Positions 48,019 to 58,490 are shown, counted from the first letter of the stretch. The stretch is DNA of 64,000 nucleotides from an uncultured Butyricicoccus sp. (GCA_900547195.1 URFQ01000002.1:19175-83174), one strand, 5' to 3'. The notes: generated by a model from the letters alone, not told the origin. A program made the numbers and translations.

Positions 48019-48491
48019 GGCGCACCTCCTCCCGCGCGCGGTTTGAGCAGCAGGGTGGCCCGGCCGCCGTCCGGGGCGGTGTAGTCGGCGCGGATCAGGC
48101 GGCCCACCCAGCGCAGGCGCAGCGACCCGGCGGCGCACAGGCGCTCGGCGGTGTCTTCCGGCTTGCCTTCGATTTGTTTGTATAAATAGCCCCCGCGGCA
48201 CAAATAAAGCCATGCTTTCCCGTTTTCATAGGCGCGCAGGGCGTGGGCGCCGTCCTCCAGCACCGCAATGCCAAGCCCCCCTTCCGTATCCGCGCGGCGG
48301 GCGGCGCCCGCGAGATAAGTGAGCGGCACGCTGCGGGTGTGGGTATCGTCTGCGCGGCCGTCAATCCCGTGATAGACGCGCACGGCTTCGGCAAGCAGGA
48401 TGCCGTTCAGTAGGGCAAACACCAGGAAAAAAGCGAGTACAAAGGTAGTTCCCGCCCGGTGGCGGGTGATGGCCGTCCATTTCACGCCCAT
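48015..48491 (-). CDS. DUF4860-like membrane-anchored protein
   Basis: N-terminal TM helix, PLTYLAGAARRAD, LYLCRGGYLY; overlaps its neighbours. Confidence 0.5.
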   Translation of the reverse strand: MGVKWTAITRHRAGTTFVLAFFLVFALLNGILLAEAVRVYHGIDGRADDTHTRSVPLTYLAGAARRADTEGGLGIAVLEDGAHALRAYENGKAWLYLCRGGYLYKQIEGKPEDTAERLCAAGSLRLRWVGRLIRADYTAPDGGRATLLLKPRAGGGAP

Positions 48492-48784
48492 GCGCCTCCT
48501 TCTTGCCGCCGGACAATGATTTCGGGCGCGCGGTCGGGCGCGACCCGGCGGTAATCGACCGTGTAACGGCGGTGCGTGGTGCGCACGCCGTAGTGCTGCT
48601 CGATATAGTTGAGATCGGGCGGATAACGCCCTTCGGAGGCGTAACAGTGCTCGGCCGCCTGTTCCAGTTCGTGTTGAAGCGCCCGGCGGCCCTGCGCGGC
48701 CATCCAGCCGTCAATCCCATAGATCCCAAGGCAAAACAGCGCCAGGATCAGCGCCGCAGTGCCCAGGCTTTTGAGTTTCCGCAT
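48482..48784 (-). CDS. Small hypothetical protein of the pilin-like cluster
   Basis: TM helix, AAEHCYASEGRYPPDLNYIEQHYGV; RBS ggaggc. Confidence 0.65.
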   Translation of the reverse strand: MRKLKSLGTAALILALFCLGIYGIDGWMAAQGRRALQHELEQAAEHCYASEGRYPPDLNYIEQHYGVRTTHRRYTVDYRRVAPDRAPEIIVRRQEGGAWA

Positions 48785-48796
48785 CGCCGCGCCTCC

Positions 48797-49825
48797 TCAC
48801 GCCATGGCGGCCAGACCGCCCAGGAGGGGCAGCATGACCGACAGAAGAATCGCGCCCGCAGATACGCTCAGCGCGAGCACAATCACAGGCTCCAGCCGCA
48901 CGAGCAGGCGTTCCATGCGCAGCGCGGTATCCGCGGCCATGCGCGCGGCGGCCTCGTCCAGAAGGAACTCGGCGCGGCCTCCGGAGCGCAGGCGGCCGAG
49001 CGACGCGCCCGTGACCAGCCCGCTGGAGGCCAGCGCGGCCGGCAGCGGCCGGCCGGTTTCGAGCTTGTGCCGCATGCGCGCCACGGCGGGCGCAATATCC
49101 GGATGGCCGCACAGGGCCGCGGCCTGTTCGATGGCGGCCTGATCGTCCACCCCGCAGCGGCAGAACATGGCCAGCGCGGCCACAAACCGCCCGGCAGCGA
49201 TTTTGCGCGCGATGGTGGTGTTTTGAAACAGCTTCCAGCCGCTGTTTTGCAGGCTGAGCCACAGCAGGACGCCTGCAAAGACCGCGCCGGTCAGCGCCAC
49301 GCCTGCAAGGCCGCTGAGCCAGCGGCCGGCGGCCATCGCCCACCGCGCGAACGGTGAAAACGACAGCCCGAGCGCCGCGAATTGGTCGGCAAACACCGGC
49401 AGCACAAAGCCGCCGGTTACAATCAGGATCGCGGTTGCCAGCGCGGCCATGACCGCCGGATATGCGGCGCGGCCGCCAAGGCGTTCTCCCGCGGCGCGTT
49501 CGCGCTCAAAATAGGTCGCCAGCGTGCCGAGGGTTTCCTCGGTGCGCCCGGCTGCTTCGCCGCGGCCGACCATGTCGCACATATAATCCGGGAATACGCC
49601 GGCGCTTCGCATGGCGTCCGCAAGCGGGCCTTCGCGCACGCCTTTGCGCAGCGCAAGAAACAGCCGCTCGTCGGCCGGGGAAACCGCGCCGCCCGCCAGC
49701 GCGGCAAAGCACTCGCCGAGCGAATGGCCGCGCCGCAGCAGAGAACCCGTATCGCGGCAAAAATCAGCGAGAGCCGCCGGGCTGAGCGTGTGTTCGTAAT
49801 TTTTCATCTTTTTGAGCAGCCGCAT
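48797..49825 (-). CDS. Type II secretion system F / PilC-like platform protein
   Basis: GVFPDYMCDMVGRGEAAGRTEE, AAYP, RLEPVIV...VMLPL. Confidence 0.8.
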   Translation of the reverse strand: MRLLKKMKNYEHTLSPAALADFCRDTGSLLRRGHSLGECFAALAGGAVSPADERLFLALRKGVREGPLADAMRSAGVFPDYMCDMVGRGEAAGRTEETLGTLATYFERERAAGERLGGRAAYPAVMAALATAILIVTGGFVLPVFADQFAALGLSFSPFARWAMAAGRWLSGLAGVALTGAVFAGVLLWLSLQNSGWKLFQNTTIARKIAAGRFVAALAMFCRCGVDDQAAIEQAAALCGHPDIAPAVARMRHKLETGRPLPAALASSGLVTGASLGRLRSGGRAEFLLDEAAARMAADTALRMERLLVRLEPVIVLALSVSAGAILLSVMLPLLGGLAAMA

Positions 49826-50057
49826 CCCTTGCCACCTTTCAAAATATTTGCTTCTATTTTATTATAGACGGATTTCATGGACAGGTAAAGGGCGAATCGG
49901 TTACGCAGCTTGCATACGGCAGAAAATTTGCGTGCAAACGGCGTTTGCCAAATAATCCGGCGTCCCCTTTGACTTTCCCCATGGGACGCATGTATAATGA
50001 AAACTGGAATATGTTGATCACGTATGGAAACGAGGATATAGAAGGGAAGAAACATAC

Positions 50058-51086
50058 TTGAATACCCTGTTACTGGATCCCATAAGGGACGATGGAGCGC
50101 TGCGGCAGGCCGGCGCGCTGCTGCGGGCGGGCGAAGTGGTCGGCATGCCGACCGAGACCGTATACGGCCTTGCGGCAAACGCCTTGGACGGCGCGGCGGT
50201 CGCAAAGATTTTTCTTGCCAAAGGGCGGCCGCAGGACAACCCCCTGATCGTACACATTGCGGACAAAGAGCAGCTCTCAACGCTCGCGCGTATGGTGCCG
50301 GAAAGCGCGCGCAAACTTGCGGATGCGTTTTGGCCCGGCCCGTTGACCATCATTTTGCCCAAGGCCGCCTGTATCCCGGACGAGGTCTCCGCAGGGCTGG
50401 ATACGGTTGGCATCCGCCTGCCGTCGCACCCGGTTGCGCGCGCGCTCATCCGTGAAGCGGGCGTGCCGCTCGCCGCGCCTTCGGCCAACCTTTCGGGCAG
50501 GCCGTCCACGACCACCTCGGGCCATGTGATGGACGATCTTGGCGGCAAGATCCCGGCGATTGTCGAGGGCGGGCCGTGCGCGGTCGGCGTGGAATCGACC
50601 GTTGTCTCGCTCGCGGGCAACGTGCCTCGCCTGCTGCGGCCGGGCGGGGTTTCGCTCGAGCAGCTCGAGAGCGTGCTTGGTTCGGTCGAGGTGGACCGTG
50701 CCCTGCGCGAAAAGATCGGCGACGAGGTGCGTGTGTCTGCGCCGGGCATGAAATACCGTCATTACGCCCCGAAAGCGCCGGTCACGGTGGTCTGCGGCGA
50801 CCCGGAACGCACGGCGGTATATATTACCCGCCATGCCGGGCTGGACGCGGGCGTAATTTGTTTTTCTGAGTGTGCGTTTCAGTTTGAAATGCATGAACGC
50901 CGGGTCATCGGCTCTTCGGACGATGTGCAGACCCAGGCGCGCCGTGTTTTTGACGCGCTGCGGTCGTTTGACGCGACGGATGTCACAGAAATCTGGGCGC
51001 AGTGCCCGGACGATACCGGCCTCGGCCTTGCGGTGGCCAACCGGCTCAAAAAAGCCGCAGGATTTCAAGTCGTCAACGTCGTCTGA
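50058..51086 (+). CDS. sua5: L-threonylcarbamoyladenylate synthase (Sua5/TsaC)
   Basis: PTETVYGLAA, KGRPQDNPLIVH, AAPSANLSGRPS, PGMKYRHYAP. Confidence 0.95.
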   Translation: MNTLLLDPIRDDGALRQAGALLRAGEVVGMPTETVYGLAANALDGAAVAKIFLAKGRPQDNPLIVHIADKEQLSTLARMVPESARKLADAFWPGPLTIILPKAACIPDEVSAGLDTVGIRLPSHPVARALIREAGVPLAAPSANLSGRPSTTTSGHVMDDLGGKIPAIVEGGPCAVGVESTVVSLAGNVPRLLRPGGVSLEQLESVLGSVEVDRALREKIGDEVRVSAPGMKYRHYAPKAPVTVVCGDPERTAVYITRHAGLDAGVICFSECAFQFEMHERRVIGSSDDVQTQARRVFDALRSFDATDVTEIWAQCPDDTGLGLAVANRLKKAAGFQVVNVV

Positions 51087-51098
51087 CGGAGGAAGCCT

Positions 51099-51695
51099 AT
51101 GAAAATCATTGGATTGACCGGCGGCTCGGGCGCGGGCAAAACCGCAGTATCGGTTTGTTTTCAGGCGCTCGGCGCGGGGACGGTGGATGCGGACGCGGTT
51201 TATCGCAATTTGTGTGCCGGAAGCCGCCCCATGCTGGAGACGCTTGCGGCGGCCTTTGGGGATGTGCTGACCCCGGAAGGGGCGCTTGATCGCCCAAAAC
51301 TTGCAAAAATCGTTTTTTTCGATCCGGAAAAGCTGGATATTCTCAACAAACTGACGTTTCCATACATCCGCGCCGCATCGGAGGCGCGGTTCATGGAACT
51401 GGCCCAAAGCGGGCATACTGTAATCCTGTATGACGCGCCTACGCTCTTCCAAACCGGCGCGGACGCGCTGTGCGCCGCCGTGGTCGGGGTAATTGCTTCA
51501 CGTGAAACACGCATCGCGCGGATTATTTCCCGGGATGGGCTTTCCCGGGAAGCCGCCGCTGCGCGCATCGACGCACAGCCGGACGAAGGCTTTTACCGTA
51601 GCCGCTGCCGGTTTGTGATTGAGAACAATGGCACGCCGGAGGAACTGGAAGCGCAGGCATGTGAAATTTGGCGGAAGATCGAAAAAATCCAATAG
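51099..51695 (+). CDS. coaE: Dephospho-CoA kinase
   Basis: IIGLTGGSGAGKT, VDAD, LDRPKLAKIVF, DAPTLF. Confidence 0.92.
   Translation: MKIIGLTGGSGAGKTAVSVCFQALGAGTVDADAVYRNLCAGSRPMLETLAAAFGDVLTPEGALDRPKLAKIVFFDPEKLDILNKLTFPYIRAASEARFMELAQSGHTVILYDAPTLFQTGADALCAAVVGVIASRETRIARIISRDGLSREAAAARIDAQPDEGFYRSRCRFVIENNGTPEELEAQACEIWRKIEKIQ
51494..51509. promoter_or_regulatory. parS: parS-like site (15/16) inside coaE
   Basis: tgcttcacgtgaaaca. Confidence 0.6.
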
Positions 51696-51718
51696 AACCA
51701 ATACAAGGAGTGACTTGA

Positions 51719-53104
51719 ATGACTTCAGAAGAACTTTTTTATAACAAAAAGCCGGACTTTGACAAGACCGGCTGGGAAAAGGCATCGGAGTATGCGGAAG
51801 GGTATAAGACCTTCCTGGATATGGGCAAGACCGAGCGCGACGCGGTCACCGCGATGATCGAGCTGGCGCAGGAAGCGGGCTTTGCACCCTACCGGCGCGG
51901 CATGGCGCTCAAACCCGGCGACCGTATTTACCGTGTCAACCGCGAAAAGGCGATTGTGCTGGCGGTCATTGGCGAGGAGAGCCTTGCAAACGGCATCCAT
52001 CTGACCGCCGCCCATTTGGACGCGCCGCGCATCGATATCCGCACCGTGCCGCTCTATGAGCAGGAGGGCATGGCCTATTTCAAGACCCATTATTACGGCG
52101 GCCTGAAAAAGTATCAGTGGACCGCCATTCCGCTCGAGCTGCGCGGCGTGGTCTGCGTATGCCGGGATGGAAAGATGTTCAAGATGAAGGTCTGCATTGG
52201 CGCGGAGCCGGAGGATCCGAAATTCGTAATCACCGATCTGCTGCCCCATCTGGCGAGCAAGCAGATGCAGGAAAAAATGATTGACGGCATCAAGGCGGAG
52301 AACATGAATCTCCTGGTCGGCTCCCGTCCGTCCGATACCGTGGATGAAACGTGCAGTGAAAAGATCAAGCTTGCTGTTATGGAGTACCTCAACCACAAGT
52401 ACGGCATGACCGAGGCCGATTTCCTGTCCGCCGAGCTGTCGTGCGTGCCGGCGTTCAATTCCTGCGACATTGGATTTGACGGCTCGATGGTCGGCGCATA
52501 TGGCCATGACGACCGTGTTTGCGCGTATCCGGCGGCCACCGCGCTCATGCGAATGGGGGAGACCCCCAAAGTCACGTCGGTCTGCCTGCTGGTTGATAAA
52601 GAGGAGATTGGCTCGGATGGCGTGACCGGCATGCAGTCGCGCTTCTTTGACACATTTATGGCTGACCTGTGCCGCATGCAGGAGGTGTATCCCGAGGTTT
52701 GCTATGAAAATTCGGTGTGCCTGTCGACCGATGTGTGCAATGCGTTTGACCCGAACTACGCCGAGGTTTCCGAGCCGCGCAACGATGCGCGCATAAATTG
52801 CGGTTTTGCGCTGATGAAGTACAGCGGTTCGCGCGGCAAAAGCGGCACAAGCGATGCTTCGGCCGAGCTGATGGCGCGCGTGCGCCTGATCCTGGACAGC
52901 GCGGGTGTCCCGTGGCAGACCGCGCAGCTCGGCCGTGTGGATCAGGGCGGCGGCGGTACGGTTGCCATGTACCTTGCCAACCGCAACATCGACACTGTGG
53001 ACGCGGGCGTGCCTGTGCTGTCCATGCATGCGCCCTTCGAAGTGATCTCCAAGGTCGATCTGTACAGCGCGTATCAGGGAATTATGGCATTTTACAAATC
53101 GTAA
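51719..53104 (+). CDS. M18 family aminopeptidase
   Basis: KTER, AHLDAPRID, YYGGLKKYQW, GHDDRVC, DKEEIGS, LSMHAP. Confidence 0.92.
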   Translation: MTSEELFYNKKPDFDKTGWEKASEYAEGYKTFLDMGKTERDAVTAMIELAQEAGFAPYRRGMALKPGDRIYRVNREKAIVLAVIGEESLANGIHLTAAHLDAPRIDIRTVPLYEQEGMAYFKTHYYGGLKKYQWTAIPLELRGVVCVCRDGKMFKMKVCIGAEPEDPKFVITDLLPHLASKQMQEKMIDGIKAENMNLLVGSRPSDTVDETCSEKIKLAVMEYLNHKYGMTEADFLSAELSCVPAFNSCDIGFDGSMVGAYGHDDRVCAYPAATALMRMGETPKVTSVCLLVDKEEIGSDGVTGMQSRFFDTFMADLCRMQEVYPEVCYENSVCLSTDVCNAFDPNYAEVSEPRNDARINCGFALMKYSGSRGKSGTSDASAELMARVRLILDSAGVPWQTAQLGRVDQGGGGTVAMYLANRNIDTVDAGVPVLSMHAPFEVISKVDLYSAYQGIMAFYKS

Positions 53105-53136
53105 TAAAATGCTGTAATATACAATTGGTAATCTCG

Positions 53137-53168
53137 AAAAGCTCCCTTCCCAAGAAGGGGGCTTTTTT
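53137..53168 (+). terminator. Rho-independent terminator
   Basis: aaaagctcccttc-ccaa-gaagggggctttttt. Confidence 0.75.
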
Positions 53169-53235
53169 ATGGCCAATTGCGCTTTTTCTGTCATAATGCT
53201 CAAAAAAGTTGGAAATACTTTGTCAGATATGCTGC

Positions 53236-53290
53236 TTGAGAAAATGGCATTTAAAGCCTATAATAAAGCCATAATATGAAACCGATTCCA
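53236..53290 (+). promoter_or_regulatory. sigmaA promoter and LacI/cre-type operator of the sucrose operon
   Basis: ttgaga-N17-tataat (53236-53264); tgaaaccgattcca (53277-53290). Confidence 0.65.
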
Positions 53291-53324
53291 CAATGCAAAA
53301 AAGACGATCAAGGGAGGTATCCGT

Positions 53325-55235
53325 ATGGATTATCAAAAAATTGCAGCGGAGCTGCTCAGGCAGGCCGGCGGCGCGGGCAACATCGTTTCCGCCGCGCACT
53401 GCGCGACGCGGCTCCGTCTCGTCATCGCGGACAACAGCAAGGTCAGCAAAAAAGGGCTTGAGAACGTTGACGGCGTAAAAGGGGTGTTTGAAGCGCAGGG
53501 ACAGCTGCAAATCATCTTTGGAACCGGCGTTGTAAACAAAGTTTACGATGCGTTCCTGGCTGCGGGCGGCATCAGCACGGCGTCTAAGGAGGAGGCCAAG
53601 GCCGCGGCGGCATCCAAGGCAAGCCCCTTCCAGCGCTTTATCAAGACCCTCGGCGACATCTTCGTACCGATCATTCCGGCCATCGTCGCCTCGGGCTTCC
53701 TCATGGGCATCATGGAAGCTCTGAATTTCATGAATAACAACGGGTTTGTTGCAATCGATACCACAAGTTCGATTTACGTCTTTGCTACCCTGTTCGCCAA
53801 CACGGCGTACACCTTCCTGCCCATCCTGATCGCGTTTTCGGCGGCCAAGGTTTTTGGCGGCAACCCCTTCCTCGGCGCGGTCATCGGCATGATTATGATC
53901 CATCCGAACCTGCAAAATGCCTGGACGGTGGCCACCGAAGGCGTGCAGACCATGCAGCCGGTTTTCGGCGGCCTGTATGAAGTCCCGCTTGTCGGCTATC
54001 AGGGCCACGTCATCCCGGTCATCATCGCGGTATGGCTGATGTGCGCCATTGAAAAGAAGCTGCACAAGGTCGTGCCGTCCATGTTTGACCTGTTCGTCAC
54101 CCCGCTCGTTTCCGTGTTTGTGACCGGCTACCTGACCCTCGCGGCCATCGGCCCGGTGTTTACCTTCGTCGAGACCAACATCATCAACGGCATCCAGTGG
54201 CTGATCGCCATCCCGCTCGGCCTTGGTTCGTTCGTCATGGGCGGACTGTACGCGACCACGGTGGTCTCCGGTATCCACCACATGTACACCATCATCGACC
54301 TCGGCCAGCTCGGTGAGTTCGGCCTGACCTATTGGCTGCCGCTCGCCTCGGCGGCGAACGTTGCGCAGGGCGGCGCGGCGCTCGCAGTGGCGCTCAAAAC
54401 CCGCGATCACAAGCTCAAGTCCATGGCGCTGCCCGCTTCGCTGTCCGCGTTCATGGGCATCACCGAACCCGCGATTTTTGGCGTCAACCTCCGCTTTTTG
54501 CGCCCGTTCATCGCAGGCTCGATCGGCGGCGCCTGCGGCGCGCTGTATGCGTCCATTGTGCAGCTCGGCGCGACCGGCACGGGCGTAACCGGGATTTTCG
54601 GCGTGCTGCTCCATCTGCATCGCCCGCTGCAATACCTCATCGCAATGGGCATTGCCGCTGGCGTGGCGTTCGTGCTGTCGTGGATTCTGGGCGTAAAAAC
54701 CGGGGAGGACGAACCGGCTTCGGCAGGGCAGGCGCCCGAGGAAGCGTCCGCGGCGCCGCAGGTCTCTGAGGCCGCGCCGGCGGAATCCGGGCTGGACGTC
54801 TGCGCGCCCATTACGGGCAAGGTCGTGCCGCTCACCGAAACCGGCGACGAGACCTTTGCCTCAGGCGTGCTCGGGCAGGGCGCGGCGATTATCCCGGCGG
54901 AGGGGAAGGCCGTCGCCCCGTTTGCCGCAACGGTTGCCGCGGTCATGGGCCACGCGGTGGCGCTCGAGGGCGATGGCGGCGTAGAGCTGCTGATCCACGT
55001 GGGCGTCAACACCGTGGAGCTGAACGGAAAATATTACACCCCGCACGTCAAGGAGGGCGACCGCGTCGCGCCCGGCCAGACGCTGCTCGAATTTGACATC
55101 CCGGCCATTCGGTCGGCCGGATACCCGGTCATCACGCCGGTGATCGTCACCAATGCGGACGATTTCGCGTCGGTCGAGGCTGTGACCGGCAAGGACGTGC
55201 AGCGCATGGACGCGCTGCTCGCGGTACGGAAATAA
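53325..55235 (+). CDS. scrA: PTS sucrose-type EIIBCA
   Basis: HCATRLRL (EIIB), GITEPAIFGVNL (EIIC), LLIHVGVNTV (EIIA); next to a GH32 gene. Confidence 0.88.
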   Translation: MDYQKIAAELLRQAGGAGNIVSAAHCATRLRLVIADNSKVSKKGLENVDGVKGVFEAQGQLQIIFGTGVVNKVYDAFLAAGGISTASKEEAKAAAASKASPFQRFIKTLGDIFVPIIPAIVASGFLMGIMEALNFMNNNGFVAIDTTSSIYVFATLFANTAYTFLPILIAFSAAKVFGGNPFLGAVIGMIMIHPNLQNAWTVATEGVQTMQPVFGGLYEVPLVGYQGHVIPVIIAVWLMCAIEKKLHKVVPSMFDLFVTPLVSVFVTGYLTLAAIGPVFTFVETNIINGIQWLIAIPLGLGSFVMGGLYATTVVSGIHHMYTIIDLGQLGEFGLTYWLPLASAANVAQGGAALAVALKTRDHKLKSMALPASLSAFMGITEPAIFGVNLRFLRPFIAGSIGGACGALYASIVQLGATGTGVTGIFGVLLHLHRPLQYLIAMGIAAGVAFVLSWILGVKTGEDEPASAGQAPEEASAAPQVSEAAPAESGLDVCAPITGKVVPLTETGDETFASGVLGQGAAIIPAEGKAVAPFAATVAAVMGHAVALEGDGGVELLIHVGVNTVELNGKYYTPHVKEGDRVAPGQTLLEFDIPAIRSAGYPVITPVIVTNADDFASVEAVTGKDVQRMDALLAVRK

Positions 55236-55252
55236 GGAAAGGAAATTTTCAC

Positions 55253-56665
55253 ATGAGCAATGCACTTTTTCGGGATTTGAAGCGTCTGGTTGAAGGGGAG
55301 GAGGCGCGCGCGCATGACCGCGTTGCGGCCGACCCATACCGGCAGGCATTTCACCTGATGCCGCCGGCCGGCTGGCTCAATGACCCCAACGGCCTGTGCT
55401 ATTTCCGGGGGAATTATCATGTGTTCTATCAATACGGCCCGTTTGACCCCACCGGGGGCGTCAAGATGTGGGGGCATTACCGGTCGCCCGACCTGCTGCG
55501 CTGGGAGCGGTGCCCGGTGATGCTGTTCCCCGACCAGCCCTATGACCTCCACGGCGTGTATTCCGGCTCGGCCTTCATCGAGGACGGCGTCATGTACCTC
55601 TATTACACCGGCAACGTCAAGCATGAGGGCGACTACGACTATATCACGGCGGGCCGCGGCCACAATACCTGCCTCGCGGTCTCGCGCGACGGTTTGACTG
55701 CGGACAGCAAACGGCTTTTGATGGAAAACGCCGACTATCCGGCCGGGCTGACCTGCCATGTCCGCGACCCCAAGGTCTGGAAGGAAGGGGAAGCCTATTA
55801 TATGGTGCAGGGCGCGCGCACGCTTGCGGACAAGGGCGAGGTGCTTGTGTTTACCTCCAAAGACCGCCTCCATTGGACGCATGCGGACACGCTGACTACG
55901 GACGAGCCGTTTGGATACATGTGGGAGTGCCCGGACCGGTTCGCGCTGGACGGGCTGGATGTGCTGTCCGTGTCCCCGCAGGGGCTGACGCAGCAGGGCG
56001 ACCGGTTCCAGAACATCTATGCCTGCGGCTATTTCCCGGATGCGGCGCATCCAGTGGCCGGGGCTTTCGCGGAATGGGACAAGGGGTTTGATTTTTACGC
56101 GCCGCAGACCTTTCTGGCGCCGGATGGCCGCCGCATCCTGATTGGCTGGATGGGTATGCCGGACGCGGACTACGGAAATCCGACTGCGGCGCACGGCTGG
56201 CAGCACTGCCTGACCGTGCCATGCGAGCTAAACGCGCGGGGCGGCAAGATTCTGCGCCGCCCGGTGAAGGAGCTGGAAGCGCTGCGCGGGGAATTGCGCG
56301 TATATGAGACCGCCGGGACTCCGCATATCGAGACCGGCCGCGCGTTCGACCTGGTGTGGACGCCCGCGCGCGGGGAACTGAGGCTTGTCATCCGGGGCTG
56401 TGCCGTATTAGAATGGAAGAAGAACGCGCTGACGCTGTCCTTCCGTGCAGGCGGCGCGGGGCGCGCCGTCCGCCGCGCGGCGGTGGACGCGCTGCGGGAG
56501 GTACGCATCCTCGGCGATGCATCTTCCCTCGAAATCTTTGTAAACGGCGGCGAAACCGTGCTGTCCACCCGCTATTATCCCGATGAGACGGGCGGCGGCC
56601 TGCATTTTGAGGCGGGTGCGGGACGGGCGCAGGTCTGGGACATGCAGGCCATGGAAGTCCGCTGA
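55253..56665 (+). CDS. scrB: GH32 sucrose-6-phosphate hydrolase
   Basis: WLNDPNG, YSGSA, RDPKV, MWECP, DFYAPQT. Confidence 0.92.
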   Translation: MSNALFRDLKRLVEGEEARAHDRVAADPYRQAFHLMPPAGWLNDPNGLCYFRGNYHVFYQYGPFDPTGGVKMWGHYRSPDLLRWERCPVMLFPDQPYDLHGVYSGSAFIEDGVMYLYYTGNVKHEGDYDYITAGRGHNTCLAVSRDGLTADSKRLLMENADYPAGLTCHVRDPKVWKEGEAYYMVQGARTLADKGEVLVFTSKDRLHWTHADTLTTDEPFGYMWECPDRFALDGLDVLSVSPQGLTQQGDRFQNIYACGYFPDAAHPVAGAFAEWDKGFDFYAPQTFLAPDGRRILIGWMGMPDADYGNPTAAHGWQHCLTVPCELNARGGKILRRPVKELEALRGELRVYETAGTPHIETGRAFDLVWTPARGELRLVIRGCAVLEWKKNALTLSFRAGGAGRAVRRAAVDALREVRILGDASSLEIFVNGGETVLSTRYYPDETGGGLHFEAGAGRAQVWDMQAMEVR

Positions 56666-56678
56666 GAAAGGAAATCCT

Positions 56679-57542
56679 ATGATCAAGTTATTGGCGCTCG
56701 ATCTGGACGGTACGCTGCTCGATTCCAAGAGCGGGATCCCGGCCGGCCACGTGCGCGCGGTGTGCCGGGCGCAGCAGGCCGGCGTGCAGGTCGCGCTGTG
56801 TACCGGCCGCAGCCTGAACGACGCGGCTGCCTTCAGCGGCGCGCTGGAAGCCCCGGCCGATTGGCTGATTTCCTGCAACGGCGCGGATGTACGCCGCCCG
56901 GGGCAGCCGCCGGTGTCCACCGGGTATATGGAGCGGGCGCTGTTTGAGCGCCTGCTGGACGCGGGCGCGGCGCGCGGCGCGGAGCCATGTATGTATACCC
57001 CCGAACGGGTGTATTACAGCCGGGCGTTTGAACGCTTTGTGGACAGCATCCGCGTGCAGGGCTGCCGGCTGGACTACGAAAACCGTCCCGACTATGTGCC
57101 CGCGTACACGCGCGAAGCATGGGACGCGGCGCTGGACCGGGAAGGCGGCGCGGTGTGCAAGGCCATCCTGTATCACGATGATCCGGCGGTGGTCGACGCG
57201 GTGCTGGATAGGCTGCGCGCCGAGGGCGGCTACGAACTGGCGCCGTCCGCCATGTTTGGCGGCAAGGTCAAAAACGTGGAGGTCAACCGCGCGGGGGTAA
57301 ACAAGGGCACGGCGCTTTTGGCGCTCGCGGCAAAGCTGGGTGTCCCTCGGGACGGGGTGATGGCCATCGGCGACAGCGACAACGATCTGGCGATGCTCGA
57401 AGCCGCGGGGCTGAGCGTGGCCATGGGAAACGCGCCCGATTATGTTTGCGCCGCAGCACAGTACCGCACCGCCACGAGCGATGAAAACGGTGTGGGCCTG
57501 GCGATCGAGCGCTTTATCTTGAACGGGGAGGACGGAATATGA
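56679..57542 (+). CDS. Cof-type HAD-IIB hydrolase
   Basis: DLDGTLL, CTGR, VNKG, IGDSDND, VAMGNA. Confidence 0.92.
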   Translation: MIKLLALDLDGTLLDSKSGIPAGHVRAVCRAQQAGVQVALCTGRSLNDAAAFSGALEAPADWLISCNGADVRRPGQPPVSTGYMERALFERLLDAGAARGAEPCMYTPERVYYSRAFERFVDSIRVQGCRLDYENRPDYVPAYTREAWDAALDREGGAVCKAILYHDDPAVVDAVLDRLRAEGGYELAPSAMFGGKVKNVEVNRAGVNKGTALLALAAKLGVPRDGVMAIGDSDNDLAMLEAAGLSVAMGNAPDYVCAAAQYRTATSDENGVGLAIERFILNGEDGI

Positions 57543-58486
57543 AAAAGGTTTTGGCAATCGGCGAGCTGCTGATTGATTTTGTACCCCAGCAGAAGGGCTG
57601 CGCTCTGAGCGAGGTCACGCATTTTGAGCGCGTCGCGGGCGGCGCGCCCGCCAACGTCGCGCTTGCGGCCAGCCGTCTCGGCGGCGAAAGCGTGATGGTC
57701 TCACAGGTCGGGATGGATGCGTTTGGGGACTATATCATCCATACGTTACAGGCAGGCGGCGTGGATACCCGGTACATTTTCCGCACCGCTAAGGCCAACA
57801 CCGGCCTTGCGTTTGTGTCGCTCGACGCATCGGGCAACCGGGAGTTTTCCTTTTACCGCAACCCTTCGGCCGATCTGTTTCTGGACGAAGCGCAGCTCAC
57901 GCCGGATATGTTTGCGGATGTGGGCGTGCTGCATTTCTGCTCGGTCGACCTGGTGGACCGGCCGGTCAAGCAAGCGCACCGCAAAGCCGTGCGGCTCGCG
58001 CAGGACGCGGGCGCGATCGTGTCTTTTGACCCCAACGTGCGCCTGCCGCTCTGGGACAGCCCGGAAAGCTGCCAAGCGGCCATCCGCGAATTTTTACCGT
58101 TTGCCGATCTGGTGAAGCTGTCGGACAACGAAATCGAGTTTGTCACCGGCCTTGCGGACGAGCGGGAAGCGGCCGGGAAACTGCTCGCCGGAGGCTGCGG
58201 GATGGTGCTCGTCACCAAGGGGCCGAACGGCGCTTCGGCCTACACGGCGCAGGCGGAAGCCCATGCGCCGGCGCAGCCCGCCAAGGTCGTGGATACGACC
58301 GGCGCGGGCGATTGCTTCGCCGGTTCGTTCCTCTATCAGCTCCTGCGGGACAATGTTTCCAGAGAGACGCTGGGCGCGCAGGACGCGGGCACGCTCGCGG
58401 GGTATCTGGATTACGCGGCGCGCTGCGCGGCGTTCACCTGCGCGCGGAAAGGCGCGTCCATGCCCGCGCGGGACGATGTGAAATGA
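57539..58486 (+). CDS. scrK: PfkB family carbohydrate kinase (fructokinase)
   Basis: GGAPANVA, FDPNVR, DTTGAGDCF. Confidence 0.85.
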   Translation: MKKVLAIGELLIDFVPQQKGCALSEVTHFERVAGGAPANVALAASRLGGESVMVSQVGMDAFGDYIIHTLQAGGVDTRYIFRTAKANTGLAFVSLDASGNREFSFYRNPSADLFLDEAQLTPDMFADVGVLHFCSVDLVDRPVKQAHRKAVRLAQDAGAIVSFDPNVRLPLWDSPESCQAAIREFLPFADLVKLSDNEIEFVTGLADEREAAGKLLAGGCGMVLVTKGPNGASAYTAQAEAHAPAQPAKVVDTTGAGDCFAGSFLYQLLRDNVSRETLGAQDAGTLAGYLDYAARCAAFTCARKGASMPARDDVK

Positions 58487-58490
58487 AAAT

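Noticed and set aside
53119..53132. atacaattggtaat identical to 47005-47018
   Set aside because: A single short AT-rich match with no other support; it could be chance.
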